NCBI GenBank assembly: GCA_963850305.1
Contig: CAWKKR010000007.1
Coordinates: forward strand, 224,001 to 288,000
Direction of reading: 5' to 3'
DNA length: 64,000 nt
DNA from: an uncultured delta proteobacterium
GTDB lineage: Bacteria > Myxococcota_A > Polyangia > Polyangiales > Polyangiaceae
The position numbers were made by a program, and so were the translations under genes. This document shows, one piece after another, positions 51,661-61,806 of the stretch (position 1 is the first letter of the stretch; each line of letters starts with the position of its first letter). The notes under the pieces are model-generated. The model ran no database searches and was not told the origin of the DNA. It was given only the letters and a program-made list of their open reading frames with translations.

Positions 51661-52974
51661 ATGAAAAAGCAGCGACGCTTAATCTTTGGCGCACGCGCGG
51701 CGAGCGGGGTCGTCCTCGGGGCATCGTGCCTCGCGGCGTCCGCGGCTCACGCGGACCCGTGCAGCAGCCTCTCGCACGTGGTGTACGTGGCGGGCTCGAC
51801 CGCACAAGAGGTGTTCGTCGGCGGGTTGGCGGCTGCGCTCAACCAGCTCACCCCGCCGATCAACGTCGTGTACCAGGGGCAGGGCTCCTGCACCGGCGTC
51901 GGCTACATGTCGACCTCCGGGGCCAACACGATCACCGGCCACGGCATCACGTTCGCGGCCGCCAATGCGAGCACGCTGTACGACGACGGCGTCGGCTGCG
52001 ATCTCGACGTCGCGGGCACCCCGGTGGACCTCGGTCTCTCGGACGTTTACCCGGCGGTCTGTCCGACGGCCACGCCCAACACACTCGGGACGGGCGTGAA
52101 GGACTTCTTCGGTCCGGTTCAGTCGATGAACTTCGTCGTGCCGATCGGCACGGGGGGTTCCGACCAGACGTCCATCAGCTACGAGGCCGCTCACATCATC
52201 TTCGGCGTGGGCCCTCTCGACGCGACCACGAATCCCAACGGGGTCAACGTCGTGCCCTGGACGAACCCGGCCTACTACGAGGTCCGGAAGAGCAGCTCCG
52301 GGACGATCATCATGTCGGGTGCCGCCATCGGCGTTCCCGGCACCCAGTGGTGGGGGAACGCCACCTCGGGCAGCAACGCCGTCATCACGAACCTCGCCGC
52401 AGACCTTGCCAATGGCAACGGTGAGAACGCGATCGGCATCCTCGTTTCCGGTGACATCGACAAGAACCGCTCGTCGCTTCGCCCCCTCGCCTTCCAGGCC
52501 AAGGGTCAGACGTGCGGTTACAACCCCGACTCGGACCCGACCAAGTTCGACAAGCAGAACGTCCGGGACGGTCACTACTTCATCTGGGGTCCGATGCACA
52601 TGATGGCCCACGTGGGAGCCAACGGCGAGCCCACGAACCCCGACGTGCAGACCGTCGTCGACACGCTGACCGCCAAGGCTCCTCCGCCTCCAGGAGTGGA
52701 TCTCATCCAGATCGAGGCGTCGAACGGCGTCGTTCCGGACTGCGCGATGCGCGTCACCCGGGACAGTGAAGGCGGCGATCTCATGAGCTACTTCCCTCCG
52801 GAAGGCTCGTGCGCGTGCCAGTATGTGACCGACGCGACCAGCGCGAAGCCCTCTTACTGCACCACGTGCTCGTCGGACACGGACTGCAAGAACGTGTCGA
52901 CCCCCGACGGGACCGTGGCGCAGGGCAAGTGCAACAACATTGTCTCAGGCAGCGGCTATTGCGAGGTGAAGTGA
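51661..52974 (+). CDS. Divergent PstS-like periplasmic-binding-fold protein with Cys-rich tail
   Basis: Signal ending AHA; AGSTA, QGSCTG, DLGLSDV, RKSSSGT match PstS phosphate-binding motifs in order. Confidence 0.7.
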   Translation: MKKQRRLIFGARAASGVVLGASCLAASAAHADPCSSLSHVVYVAGSTAQEVFVGGLAAALNQLTPPINVVYQGQGSCTGVGYMSTSGANTITGHGITFAAANASTLYDDGVGCDLDVAGTPVDLGLSDVYPAVCPTATPNTLGTGVKDFFGPVQSMNFVVPIGTGGSDQTSISYEAAHIIFGVGPLDATTNPNGVNVVPWTNPAYYEVRKSSSGTIIMSGAAIGVPGTQWWGNATSGSNAVITNLAADLANGNGENAIGILVSGDIDKNRSSLRPLAFQAKGQTCGYNPDSDPTKFDKQNVRDGHYFIWGPMHMMAHVGANGEPTNPDVQTVVDTLTAKAPPPPGVDLIQIEASNGVVPDCAMRVTRDSEGGDLMSYFPPEGSCACQYVTDATSAKPSYCTTCSSDTDCKNVSTPDGTVAQGKCNNIVSGSGYCEVK

Positions 52975-53441
52975 TGACTTACTCAATCAAGAACCGTTTC
53001 GCGCTCGCGTCGGTCGTGGCCCTGCTCGGCGCAGGGATCGCGGTCTCGGCGTGTTCGAGCAGCAACAAGAACAGCACGCCGCCTACGGGTGACTCCGGCA
53101 CTGGCGGAGCTGCGGCGGGCGGCACCGCCGGAGCGTCTGCAGGAGGCTCCTCGGCCGGTGGTGGTGGAAGCAGCGCCGGTGGCGCGAGTGCTGGCGGCAC
53201 TGCTGGCTCCGGCAACACCGGCGGCGCCGGCACCGGCGGGGAAGGCACCGACGCCGGTGACGCAGGCCCCGGTCCGTGCACTCAGGATCCGAACCAGACG
53301 TGCGGCACTTGCCCCCCGTCGACCAGCGTCGAGTTCCTGAACCACTGCGGCGCCACTGGCGTGACTTGCATCAAGTACGACAACACGGCGCACGGCATCC
53401 CGGCGACTCTGCCGGCGCTGAACGTTCCACCCACAACGTGA
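52974..53441 (+). CDS. Gly-rich lipoprotein with small Cys-containing domain
   Basis: VSAC lipobox, GGA/GGS linker, CTQ..CGTCPP..FLNHC..C; TGATG coupling. Confidence 0.8.
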   Translation: MTYSIKNRFALASVVALLGAGIAVSACSSSNKNSTPPTGDSGTGGAAAGGTAGASAGGSSAGGGGSSAGGASAGGTAGSGNTGGAGTGGEGTDAGDAGPGPCTQDPNQTCGTCPPSTSVEFLNHCGATGVTCIKYDNTAHGIPATLPALNVPPTT

Positions 53442-53510
53442 TTGGCGACGTTCACCGGTGCATCGGCGAGTCCAGCGACGACCCGATGCGCCGGTGACGT
53501 GTAATGGCCT

Positions 53511-55112
53511 ATGTCACCAAACTTTCGCAAGCTAGACCAATTACGTCGGTTCTCTGTCATACTTGTGATGGCGGTGACGCCTCTTGCGAGGACGGCGTTC
53601 GCGCAGCCCACGCCGTCGGCGCCGCCCGCTGCCCCGACGCCGGACGCGGACGAGACGATCGATGCCGCGCCGGCCCCCGCGCAGCCCGCACCGACACCCG
53701 TGCAGCCTGCCACGCCGCCCGCCGCGTCCGCCGCTCCAGCGGTGACCCCCGCGCCTCCTGGCGCTTCAGCGGCGCCCGCCGCGCCGCCGAGCGCTACGGC
53801 AGCGAGCGCGAAGCCGTCCGCGCCACCTCCCGCTGCGGCGCCCCCGCCGCCCGCCGCTGCTGCACCTGCAGCTCCGGCAACGCCGCCCCCTCCCGCGACC
53901 GCGCCGCCGAGCCACCTTCCGGCGAGCCTCTGGCCTCAGAACGTCGGACCCGTCGGCGCGCTGGTCATCTCCGGATACGTGCAGACTCAGTACGAAGCGC
54001 ACCAGGATTCCAGCGATCAGATCCTCGACGGCACGTTGCTGAACCAGAATCGATTCTCGCTGCGTCGCGGGCGCATGCGCTTCACCCGGGACTGGGACTA
54101 TGCGTCGGTCGCCTTCGAGTTCGACGGCAACACGGTCCAGGGACCGGCGATGCACATCCAGAAGGCGGAGCTCACGCTCGTCTACGGCCGCTCGCCCGAC
54201 AAGTACACGCCGCCGCTGGTGGAGATGACGATAGGCCAGTTCGATCTGCCGTTCGGGTTCGACCTGGTGCAATCGCCTCGTACGCGGTGGTTCATGGAGC
54301 GGTCGCTCGTGTCGCGCGCGCTCTGGCCGGGTGAGCCCGACGTCGGGGCGCGGCTCGAGGGCGGGATATCGTTCTTTCGCTACGCGCTCGCCGTGACGAA
54401 CGGCGAGCCCCTCGGCGAGGAGAGCGGCTACGGCCTGCGAGACCCGAACAACAACAAGGACATCACCGGCCGCTTCGGAATGGAAACGAGGACCGAGAAC
54501 TTCGCCGTCTCCGGCGGCGTGTCGTTCAACCGCGGGAAGGGCTTTCACGCCGGGACGGATGCGACGAAGAACATCGCCACGTTCATTGACAACAACGCGA
54601 ACGGCACTCCGGATCCGGGGGAGATCACCGGGTCGGGCGCCGCGTCCGCTTTCCCATCGAGCAGCTTCTCCCGCTGGGGGGTCGGCGCGGATCTTCAGCT
54701 GAGTTTGAAGACGTTGCTCGGTTGGTCGACCGCGACCGCGGAGGTGATCTCGGCGAGCAACCTCGATCGTGGCCTCTTCATCGCCGACCCGACGCTGACC
54801 AGGGTGAACGTGCGCGAGTTCGGCTACTACATCGCGTTCACTCAGGAGATCACGCCGTATGCGATCGTGGGCCTCCGGTACGACACGTACGACCCGAACG
54901 CGGATTCGACCGACAGCCGCAGCGGCTCGCTCGTTCCGCAGACGCAAACGATCCACACGATCTCGCCGCTCGTCGGGCTCACCCTGCCGGACCGCGCTCG
55001 CCTGATCTTTCAGTACGACAAGGTCATGGACTACCTGGCACGCAGCAGCACCGGCGTTCCCACGGACTTCAAGAACGACCAGTGGACGCTGCGAATGCAG
55101 GTGACGCTATGA
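53511..55112 (+). CDS. OprO/OprP-like (phosphate-selective) porin with Pro/Ala-rich N-terminal extension
   Basis: SGYVQTQY, FSLRRGRMRF, GQFDLPFG, FMERS, NNKDITGRF, terminal beta strand LRMQVTL. Confidence 0.7.
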   Translation: MSPNFRKLDQLRRFSVILVMAVTPLARTAFAQPTPSAPPAAPTPDADETIDAAPAPAQPAPTPVQPATPPAASAAPAVTPAPPGASAAPAAPPSATAASAKPSAPPPAAAPPPPAAAAPAAPATPPPPATAPPSHLPASLWPQNVGPVGALVISGYVQTQYEAHQDSSDQILDGTLLNQNRFSLRRGRMRFTRDWDYASVAFEFDGNTVQGPAMHIQKAELTLVYGRSPDKYTPPLVEMTIGQFDLPFGFDLVQSPRTRWFMERSLVSRALWPGEPDVGARLEGGISFFRYALAVTNGEPLGEESGYGLRDPNNNKDITGRFGMETRTENFAVSGGVSFNRGKGFHAGTDATKNIATFIDNNANGTPDPGEITGSGAASAFPSSSFSRWGVGADLQLSLKTLLGWSTATAEVISASNLDRGLFIADPTLTRVNVREFGYYIAFTQEITPYAIVGLRYDTYDPNADSTDSRSGSLVPQTQTIHTISPLVGLTLPDRARLIFQYDKVMDYLARSSTGVPTDFKNDQWTLRMQVTL

Positions 55113-56125
55113 CGGCGGCGCGCGCTGCGGTCGTTTTGTCGTTTGCCCTCCTCACAGGGGGATGCTGGAGCAATCCGTCGTCACAGAACGGCCTGGACGA
55201 GCCGCTCACGGTTCAGTACCTCGACCCCAGGGGCACCAATGCGAAGCTGAGCGGGCAGTTCGTCTCCGGGAAGCTGCCCGGGACCGCCCCCCTGACCAAG
55301 GGGGAACACGTGCCCGACGCAGGCCCGAACGGCCCCCCGCAGATCACCTCCAAGAACGGCTTTCAAACTATCTTCTTCGAGGGGCAGGCGGCGGGTAGCT
55401 TCACCGGCCAGGCGACGGCCAATACTACCGGCATCGGAATCGCCGTCGACGGAGCGGGGACGGGCTACTGGGTCGTTCCGCCCGAGCTGGGCGTGGACCG
55501 CAACACGGGCGACCTGAACTGGGCCGTAACGGTCAATCTCGGCACCGAGATCGCTCCAGGGAGCCACGTGCTGCGCTTCGTCGCGATCGACTCGCAGGGC
55601 GTCGCCGGGCCACAGACGACGCTGCCGCTGTGCATCAAGAGCGACGTCCCGGACAATCTGCAGGAGTGTTCGCCGACGCGAGTGCCGCCGAAGGCCGTCA
55701 TCTCGCTCACCTGGGACACGAACGTGGACCTCGATCTGGAGGTCGTCACTCCCGACGGCACTCTCGTGAGTCCGAAGCACCCCTTCACGACGGCGGCACT
55801 GACCGATGGAGGGACGGTGCCCTCGTGGGCCGGCACGTTCGATCGTGACTCGGACGCGGGGTGCATCATCGACGGTATCCGCACCGAAAACCTGACCTGG
55901 AACACCGTTGCGCCGCACGGCAGGTACCTCATCTACGCGAACCTCTTCTCGTCTTGCGGGCAACCGGCCGTGCGCTTCGTGGCGTCCGTGTACACACAGG
56001 TCCCCAACCCCGACGGGGGCGTCCCGCACCTGGCGGAAAAGGTCTCGCAAGCGGGGGAGCTCCTCGCCGTTCAAGCGAACGGCGGGACCGCGCTCGGGCT
56101 CTACGTCACCACGTACACGTTTTGA
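55109..56125 (+). CDS. Lipoprotein with YfaP-like domain
   Basis: TGGC lipobox; ISLTWDTNVDLDLEVVTPDG, FDRDS..C, ENLTW. Confidence 0.7.
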   Translation: MTAARAAVVLSFALLTGGCWSNPSSQNGLDEPLTVQYLDPRGTNAKLSGQFVSGKLPGTAPLTKGEHVPDAGPNGPPQITSKNGFQTIFFEGQAAGSFTGQATANTTGIGIAVDGAGTGYWVVPPELGVDRNTGDLNWAVTVNLGTEIAPGSHVLRFVAIDSQGVAGPQTTLPLCIKSDVPDNLQECSPTRVPPKAVISLTWDTNVDLDLEVVTPDGTLVSPKHPFTTAALTDGGTVPSWAGTFDRDSDAGCIIDGIRTENLTWNTVAPHGRYLIYANLFSSCGQPAVRFVASVYTQVPNPDGGVPHLAEKVSQAGELLAVQANGGTALGLYVTTYTF

Positions 56126-56141
56126 GAAAGGGTAAACCGAC

Positions 56142-56852
56142 ATGCTCATCGAAAAGCTGCTGAAAGTCGCCCTGCTCGGGTCGAGCTGGGTCATGTACTT
56201 GCTCCTCGGGCTCTCGGTCTTTTCGATCGGCGCGATGATCGAGCGCACCTTGTATTTCCGGAAGCGCGACGACGACGTCGAGGAGCTCGGAGAGAAGCTC
56301 ATCGCTCTGCTCGAGCAAGGCGATCGGGAAGCCGCGACGGCGTTGCTCAAGAATAGCCCGTCCGTCGAGGCGTCCGTTCTCGCGGCTGCCATGCGCTATC
56401 TGAACAGCGGCGCGGACGCCGTCTCGGACGCCATCGAGAGCGCGATGATCCGCGCCCGCCTCGACATGGAGCGCGGTTCGACCCTGCTCGGTACGCTCGG
56501 CAACAACGCGCCGTTCATCGGTCTCTTCGGGACCGTCATCGGCGTCATCATCGCGTTCCACCAGCTCGGCGCGAGTCAGTCATCGGCGTCGATGAACGCC
56601 GTCATGGGAGGCATCGCCGAGTCGCTCGTGGCGACCGGAGTCGGCCTCTTCGTCGCGATCCCGGCCGTCGTCGCCTACAACATCCTCCAGAAGCGCATCG
56701 GCGACATCGAGAGCAACATCTCGGCGATCGCCAAGGATCTCACGGCGCTCCTCAAGAGCGGCGCGCCCGGTCAAGTCCCTCAGGTGGCGTCGTCGTCACC
56801 GGAACCCGTCGAGGAAGCGATTCGCGATCTCGCTTCCTCTGCAGCCAACTGA
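56142..56852 (+). CDS. exbB: MotA/TolQ/ExbB proton channel
   Basis: LGTLGNNAPFIGLFGTV, GIAESLVAT..GL..AIPA. Confidence 0.9.
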   Translation: MLIEKLLKVALLGSSWVMYLLLGLSVFSIGAMIERTLYFRKRDDDVEELGEKLIALLEQGDREAATALLKNSPSVEASVLAAAMRYLNSGADAVSDAIESAMIRARLDMERGSTLLGTLGNNAPFIGLFGTVIGVIIAFHQLGASQSSASMNAVMGGIAESLVATGVGLFVAIPAVVAYNILQKRIGDIESNISAIAKDLTALLKSGAPGQVPQVASSSPEPVEEAIRDLASSAAN

Positions 56853-56870
56853 GAAAGGCCGGACAGGAGC

Positions 56871-57290
56871 ATGGCATCAGCAGGACTCGGAGCCAAAGGC
56901 GGAAAGCGCGGGGGGATCGTGGGCATCAACGTCACGCCGATGGTGGACGTGGTGCTCGTGCTGCTCGTCATCATGATGGTCTCGGCCGTCTACATCGTCT
57001 CTCAGAGCTTGAAGGTGGAGCTGCCGAAGACCGCGAGCTCGGACGGCGCCGCGAACACGCCGCTATCCGTCACGATCACCAAGGCCGGTGCGTATCTCTT
57101 CAATCAAAAGCCGATCGAAGAGACGGCATTGCGCACCGAGTTCGAGAAGGCGAAGGCCAAGAACAAGGACGCGAGCCTCGTCGTCACCGCCGATCGGGAG
57201 TCTTTGCATGGCGACGTCATGCACGTCATCGATCTCGCGAAGATCGAAGGCATCACGAAGTTCGCCATCTCCGTGGATCGCACCCAGTAG
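56871..57290 (+). CDS. exbD: ExbD/TolR protein
   Basis: INVTPMVDVVLVLLVIMM, VELP, AD. Confidence 0.9.
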   Translation: MASAGLGAKGGKRGGIVGINVTPMVDVVLVLLVIMMVSAVYIVSQSLKVELPKTASSDGAANTPLSVTITKAGAYLFNQKPIEETALRTEFEKAKAKNKDASLVVTADRESLHGDVMHVIDLAKIEGITKFAISVDRTQ

Positions 57291-57299
57291 AGGACTCCG

Positions 57300-57998
57300 A
57301 TGGCACGGCGAAAGAAAAAGGTCTCCACGGTGTACGTGATCAGCATCGGGGCTCACCTCGCCGTCGGAGCGATTCTCGCGCTCGTCCCTCAGCAGAAGCT
57401 TCGCGACATCGTGGCCATCACCCTGAACCAGGCCCCTGAAAAGAAGAAGGTGGTGCCACCCAAGCCTCCCGAGCATCACGAAGCGCGCCCGGTACGTTCG
57501 CCTGGCCACAATTACCATCCGGCGCTCGCGACCGTTGCTCCCGCGGCCGCCCCGGGGGCGTTCGCGGACATCGGAATCGCGCTCGACTCTTCTTCCGAAG
57601 ACGGTGTCGCGGTCAACATGGCGCCCGCCCCCGTGGCGCCCGCCCCGGTGATCGCGGTCGCGCGGCGGGAAAGGCCGAAGATCCTGGTCGCGCATCACGC
57701 GGCCGAGGAGGACACGTGCTCGGAGGATATCGTCAAAGCGCGTGTCATTGGCCGGGCCGCACCGGCGTACACGGACCAGGCACGGCGCGCGAAGATCGAA
57801 GGGCAGATCATGGTCGAGCTCATGGTCGACGACCAGGGGAACGTCACGTCGGCGCGCGTGCTCCAGGGGCTCGGGTACGGCCTCGACGAAGCGGCCGTCG
57901 AGGCGGGGAAGCGGTTTCATTTCAGTCCCGCCACGCGGTGCGGAAAGGCCGTCGGCGCGCCTTTCATCATCCGGATGCGCTTCGCCCTTTCCCAATGA
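57300..57998 (+). CDS. tonB: Energy transducer TonB
   Basis: TM with SIGAH, Pro-rich linker, PAYTDQAR..IEG, GLDEAA, FSPA. Confidence 0.9.
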   Translation: MARRKKKVSTVYVISIGAHLAVGAILALVPQQKLRDIVAITLNQAPEKKKVVPPKPPEHHEARPVRSPGHNYHPALATVAPAAAPGAFADIGIALDSSSEDGVAVNMAPAPVAPAPVIAVARRERPKILVAHHAAEEDTCSEDIVKARVIGRAAPAYTDQARRAKIEGQIMVELMVDDQGNVTSARVLQGLGYGLDEAAVEAGKRFHFSPATRCGKAVGAPFIIRMRFALSQ

Positions 57999-60673
57999 TC
58001 CTTCGGAACCGAATCGCCGCCCTGATCGCGGCGGCCGCGACGAGCTGGGTAGCGACGTCCGTCGCCGCGCCGAACTCCGGGAGCACCAGGGCGAGTCGCA
58101 AAGCGGCGAGCCGCGTCGTCAAGCCGCCTCGCCTGGTGAAATTCTACGAAGCCAATTTCCCGGCGTCGGAGCGAGCGGTGCATCACGTCGGCGACAAGGT
58201 GTCAGTCGTCCTCGACATCGACATCGACGCCGACGGAAAAGTTGCCGGCGCGACGGTCGTCACGTCGGGCGGCGATGCGTTCGACGAGGCCGCCATCGCC
58301 GCGGCCAAGCAGTTCGAGTTCGAGCCAGCCGAGATCGACGGCGTGAAGTCGCCGGTACGCATTCAATATCGCTACGACTTCACCTTGACCCCGGCGGCCC
58401 CGGTGGTGCCGAAGACGGCCGATTTCGGCGGTGTGGTCCGGGATCGGAAGACGGGGAAGCCCATCCCCGACGTCGCCGTACAGCTCGACGATCAGACGTC
58501 GAAGACGGACGCGGGCGGACGGTTTCACTTTCCGGACGCCGCGCCCGGGGTGCATGCGGTGACTCTCACCGGTCCGAACTTCACGCCCGTGGGGACCGAG
58601 GAAACCCTCGCCGCCGGCCACAAGTACGACGCGACGTACGACGTGGACGTGGAGTCAGCGGACGTCCCGCCGGACCAGCGCGCCGATTTCGAGATCGTCG
58701 TCATCGACACGCAGCTCGAGAAGTCCGTCGTCGCGACGACCGTCAGTGCCGAGCAGGGCGCACGCGTCGCGGGCACGGGTGGCGACGTCATCAAGGTCGT
58801 CGAGAACCTGCCGGGCGTCGCACGCTCGCCGCTCGGGTCCGGAGCTCTGATCGTGTGGGGCGCGGGTCCGGACGACACGCGCGTCTACGTGGACGACGTT
58901 CGGATCCCGACCCTCTATCACCAGGGTGCCTTTCGATCCGTCGTCAACTCCGATCTCGTCCAGAGTATCGAGCTCGAGCCCGGGGGCTATGGCGCGGCGT
59001 ACGGTCGAGGTCTGGGCGGGCTCGTGACGATCGGGCTCAAGCCGCTCGACGCCGACGGTTATCACGGCAGCGTTTCCCTCGACGCCATCGATGCGTCGGC
59101 GAGCGTCAGGGGATCCATCGGGGATAACGTGAGGTTCGCGGCTGCCGTACGTCGCAGTCACCTCGACTGGGTGCTTGCCCACGTCACGACCGAGGACGTC
59201 GGGGACATCATTCCGATCCCTCAATACTGGGACAGTCAGATCCGCGTTGCCTGGGTGCCACACGAAGGCGAGAGCCTCGAGGTGGGTGGGCTCCTGTCGT
59301 CCGATCACATCGATAATTCTCTCGTCGAGGCAGATCCGGCGGAGACGAAGCGAGAGACGAACGACAGCGGCTTCGATCGGGTCTACGTCCGCTACAAGAA
59401 GCAGCTCGACGACGGCAGCACCGTCACCATGACCCCGTTCTTCGGCGTCGACCGGTCCCAGGTCACGAACGTCTTCGGCTCGATTCCGGCGGACCTCACG
59501 AATGACTCCACGGTCTACGGTTTTCGCGCCGCGTGGACGGGACAGGCTGCGGACTTCCTGAGTCTCGGCGTCGGGGTCGATGCCGAGGTCGTCACGAGCT
59601 CCCTCAAGCGTCGGGGCTCGGTCACGTCGCCGCCGCGCGAGGGCGATATCTACGTCTTCGGTCAGACGCCGAGCGATCAGGTCAATGCCGATCAGTGGCA
59701 GACCACGACCGCAGGTCTCGCGCCGTTCGTGCAGGGGGACCTCGCGCTCGCCGGCGGGGCCGTGCACATCATTCCGGGTGCGCGCATCGAACCGCAGATC
59801 GTGACGGCGAGTCGCACGTCACCGCAGACGCCCAATCAGCCCGCGCTGGGGACCGAGCGCGAGAACACGGAGTTCGAGCCGCGCATTGCCGTTCGCTGGG
59901 CAGCGACGGATCGCATCCGACTCCACGCAGCCTTCGGACTCTATCACCAGCCGCCGAACCCGGAGGACCTGAGCTCCGTCTTCGGCAATCCGACGCTCGG
60001 CCCCGCGACGGCGGAGCATTACCTCGCAGGCGTTTCGTACCAGCTGTCGAAACCCGTGTCGGTGGAAGTGACGAGCTTCTACACGCACCAGTCCGACCTC
60101 GTCACGCGGAGCGCGCTACCGACGCCGCTCTCCGCTCAAGCGCTGATCCAGGACGGGCTCGGACGCACCTACGGAACACAGATCCTGGTCCGCTACGATC
60201 TCACGGGGCGTTTCTTCGGGTGGGTCAGCTACAGCCTTTTGCGGAGCGAACGCACCGACGGTGGGTCCTCCAACTACCGCTTGTTCGACTTCGACGAGAC
60301 GAACGTGTTCACCATTCTCGGGTCTTACGATCTCGGGCGCGGATACGAGATCGGGAGTCGGTTTCGATACACGACCGGCTTTCCGCGAACGCCCGTCATC
60401 GGGACGGTGTTCGACGCTCGGACCGATTCGTACGAGCCGATATTCGGAGCCCACAACTCCGTCCGGATCCCGGCCTTCTATGCGCTCGATGCGCGCCTGG
60501 CGAAGCACTTCTCGTTCGGCGGGAACGTGAAGCTCGAGGCGTATCTCGACGTCCAGAACGTCACCAATCACGGGAACGCGGAGGAGATCGTCTACAACAA
60601 CGACTACACCAGGAAGTCGTACATCACGGGGCTACCGATCCTTCCGGTGCTCGGGGCAAAGCTCACATGGTGA
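57995..60673 (+). CDS. TonB-dependent receptor with N-terminal TonB_C and carboxypeptidase-regulatory-like domains
   Basis: FDEAA..FEFEPA, GVVRD..GKPIP, plug NLPGV / AYGRGLGG, LDVQNVTN, C-terminal W. Confidence 0.92.
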   Translation: MILRNRIAALIAAAATSWVATSVAAPNSGSTRASRKAASRVVKPPRLVKFYEANFPASERAVHHVGDKVSVVLDIDIDADGKVAGATVVTSGGDAFDEAAIAAAKQFEFEPAEIDGVKSPVRIQYRYDFTLTPAAPVVPKTADFGGVVRDRKTGKPIPDVAVQLDDQTSKTDAGGRFHFPDAAPGVHAVTLTGPNFTPVGTEETLAAGHKYDATYDVDVESADVPPDQRADFEIVVIDTQLEKSVVATTVSAEQGARVAGTGGDVIKVVENLPGVARSPLGSGALIVWGAGPDDTRVYVDDVRIPTLYHQGAFRSVVNSDLVQSIELEPGGYGAAYGRGLGGLVTIGLKPLDADGYHGSVSLDAIDASASVRGSIGDNVRFAAAVRRSHLDWVLAHVTTEDVGDIIPIPQYWDSQIRVAWVPHEGESLEVGGLLSSDHIDNSLVEADPAETKRETNDSGFDRVYVRYKKQLDDGSTVTMTPFFGVDRSQVTNVFGSIPADLTNDSTVYGFRAAWTGQAADFLSLGVGVDAEVVTSSLKRRGSVTSPPREGDIYVFGQTPSDQVNADQWQTTTAGLAPFVQGDLALAGGAVHIIPGARIEPQIVTASRTSPQTPNQPALGTERENTEFEPRIAVRWAATDRIRLHAAFGLYHQPPNPEDLSSVFGNPTLGPATAEHYLAGVSYQLSKPVSVEVTSFYTHQSDLVTRSALPTPLSAQALIQDGLGRTYGTQILVRYDLTGRFFGWVSYSLLRSERTDGGSSNYRLFDFDETNVFTILGSYDLGRGYEIGSRFRYTTGFPRTPVIGTVFDARTDSYEPIFGAHNSVRIPAFYALDARLAKHFSFGGNVKLEAYLDVQNVTNHGNAEEIVYNNDYTRKSYITGLPILPVLGAKLTW

Positions 60674-61806
60674 CGGCGCGAGTCGCTCTAGTCGCGCTGT
60701 TCGCGGGCCTCTCGGGGATCGCGTGCAAGCCGGATCTTCCCGGTCGCCCGTCGCTCATCGAGGCGAACCGAGTCCTCACGATCCGTTCGACGCCCGCCGA
60801 GGCGAAGCCCGACGGGCAAAGCACCGTGCATTTCGACGCCCTCTACGTCGGCCCGGATGGCGCCCCCGCGCCATCGTCGCTCCAATGGTCGATCTGCGAC
60901 GCGAGGAAGCCGATCGATCTCACGAGTCCAGTCGCGCTCCAGTGTCTCGTCCCGGCGAGCAAAGATCTCGACTTCGTGAACCGAGGCGTGAGCGTCGACG
61001 GGATGCTTCCAACGGATGCGTGCAGCGTTTTCGGTCCGACGCAGCCCACCACCTCCGTGGCGGGGCAACCGCCGGCCAGACCCGTGGACCCCGATACGAC
61101 GGGCGGTTACTACCAGCCGATCCGCGTCCTTTTTCCGGTCGATGGTTCATCGGACTACGCAGTAGGCGTCACCCGGCTGGTCTGCGGGCTTCCCGAAGCG
61201 ACGCAGGAGCAAAGCGTCGACTACGCAAATCGGTACCGCCCGAACGAGAACCCCGAGGTCGATTCGTTCGTGTTGATCCACGCTTCGGGAAAACAGGAGA
61301 CGTTCGGGACGGACCCTTCTTCACCGCCGATCCAGGTCACGCCGGGAGAAGAAGTCACGTTGCGTGTTTCCTGGGCAAAATGCCCCACGGTGTCCGCGTG
61401 CGGCGATGGCATCTGCGGGCAAGACGAGGCGTCGTTCTGCGCCGCTATCAACAAGGCCTGCGTCCTCTGTCCGGCGGATTGCCCTGCGCCCTGCACGGCA
61501 CCGGGCGAGCCCGCGAACTGCGGAATCTCTCACGGCTGCACGGGTTCAGAGCCTTACGTCGATCTGGATCCGGTGACGCACACGATCGTCGCTCGTCGGG
61601 AAGGGATTCGCGTCTCCTGGTTCTCGACGGCCGGCGACTTCGAGCACGACCGCACCGGCAGTTCCGAGGCGGAGGCCGACGTGACCACGTCGGACAACAC
61701 GTGGACGGCACCCGGCGACAAGGGTCCGGTTCCACTGTGGGTCGTGCTGCGCGACGACCGGGGCGGGTCGAGCTGGGTCGAGGGGCAAGTCGATGTCGAG
61801 CCGTGA
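60667..61806 (+). CDS. Cys-rich lipoprotein coupled to the TonB-dependent receptor
   Basis: GIAC lipobox, RVLTIRSTPAE, CGDGICG, WTAP..LWVVLRDDRGG. Confidence 0.8.
   Translation: MVTARVALVALFAGLSGIACKPDLPGRPSLIEANRVLTIRSTPAEAKPDGQSTVHFDALYVGPDGAPAPSSLQWSICDARKPIDLTSPVALQCLVPASKDLDFVNRGVSVDGMLPTDACSVFGPTQPTTSVAGQPPARPVDPDTTGGYYQPIRVLFPVDGSSDYAVGVTRLVCGLPEATQEQSVDYANRYRPNENPEVDSFVLIHASGKQETFGTDPSSPPIQVTPGEEVTLRVSWAKCPTVSACGDGICGQDEASFCAAINKACVLCPADCPAPCTAPGEPANCGISHGCTGSEPYVDLDPVTHTIVARREGIRVSWFSTAGDFEHDRTGSSEAEADVTTSDNTWTAPGDKGPVPLWVVLRDDRGGSSWVEGQVDVEP

Noticed and set aside
56142..57998. Tol-Pal or gliding-motor (AglRQS) assignment
   Set aside because: No tolB/pal or glt genes; direct coupling to tonB and a TonB-dependent receptor favours ExbBD-TonB.
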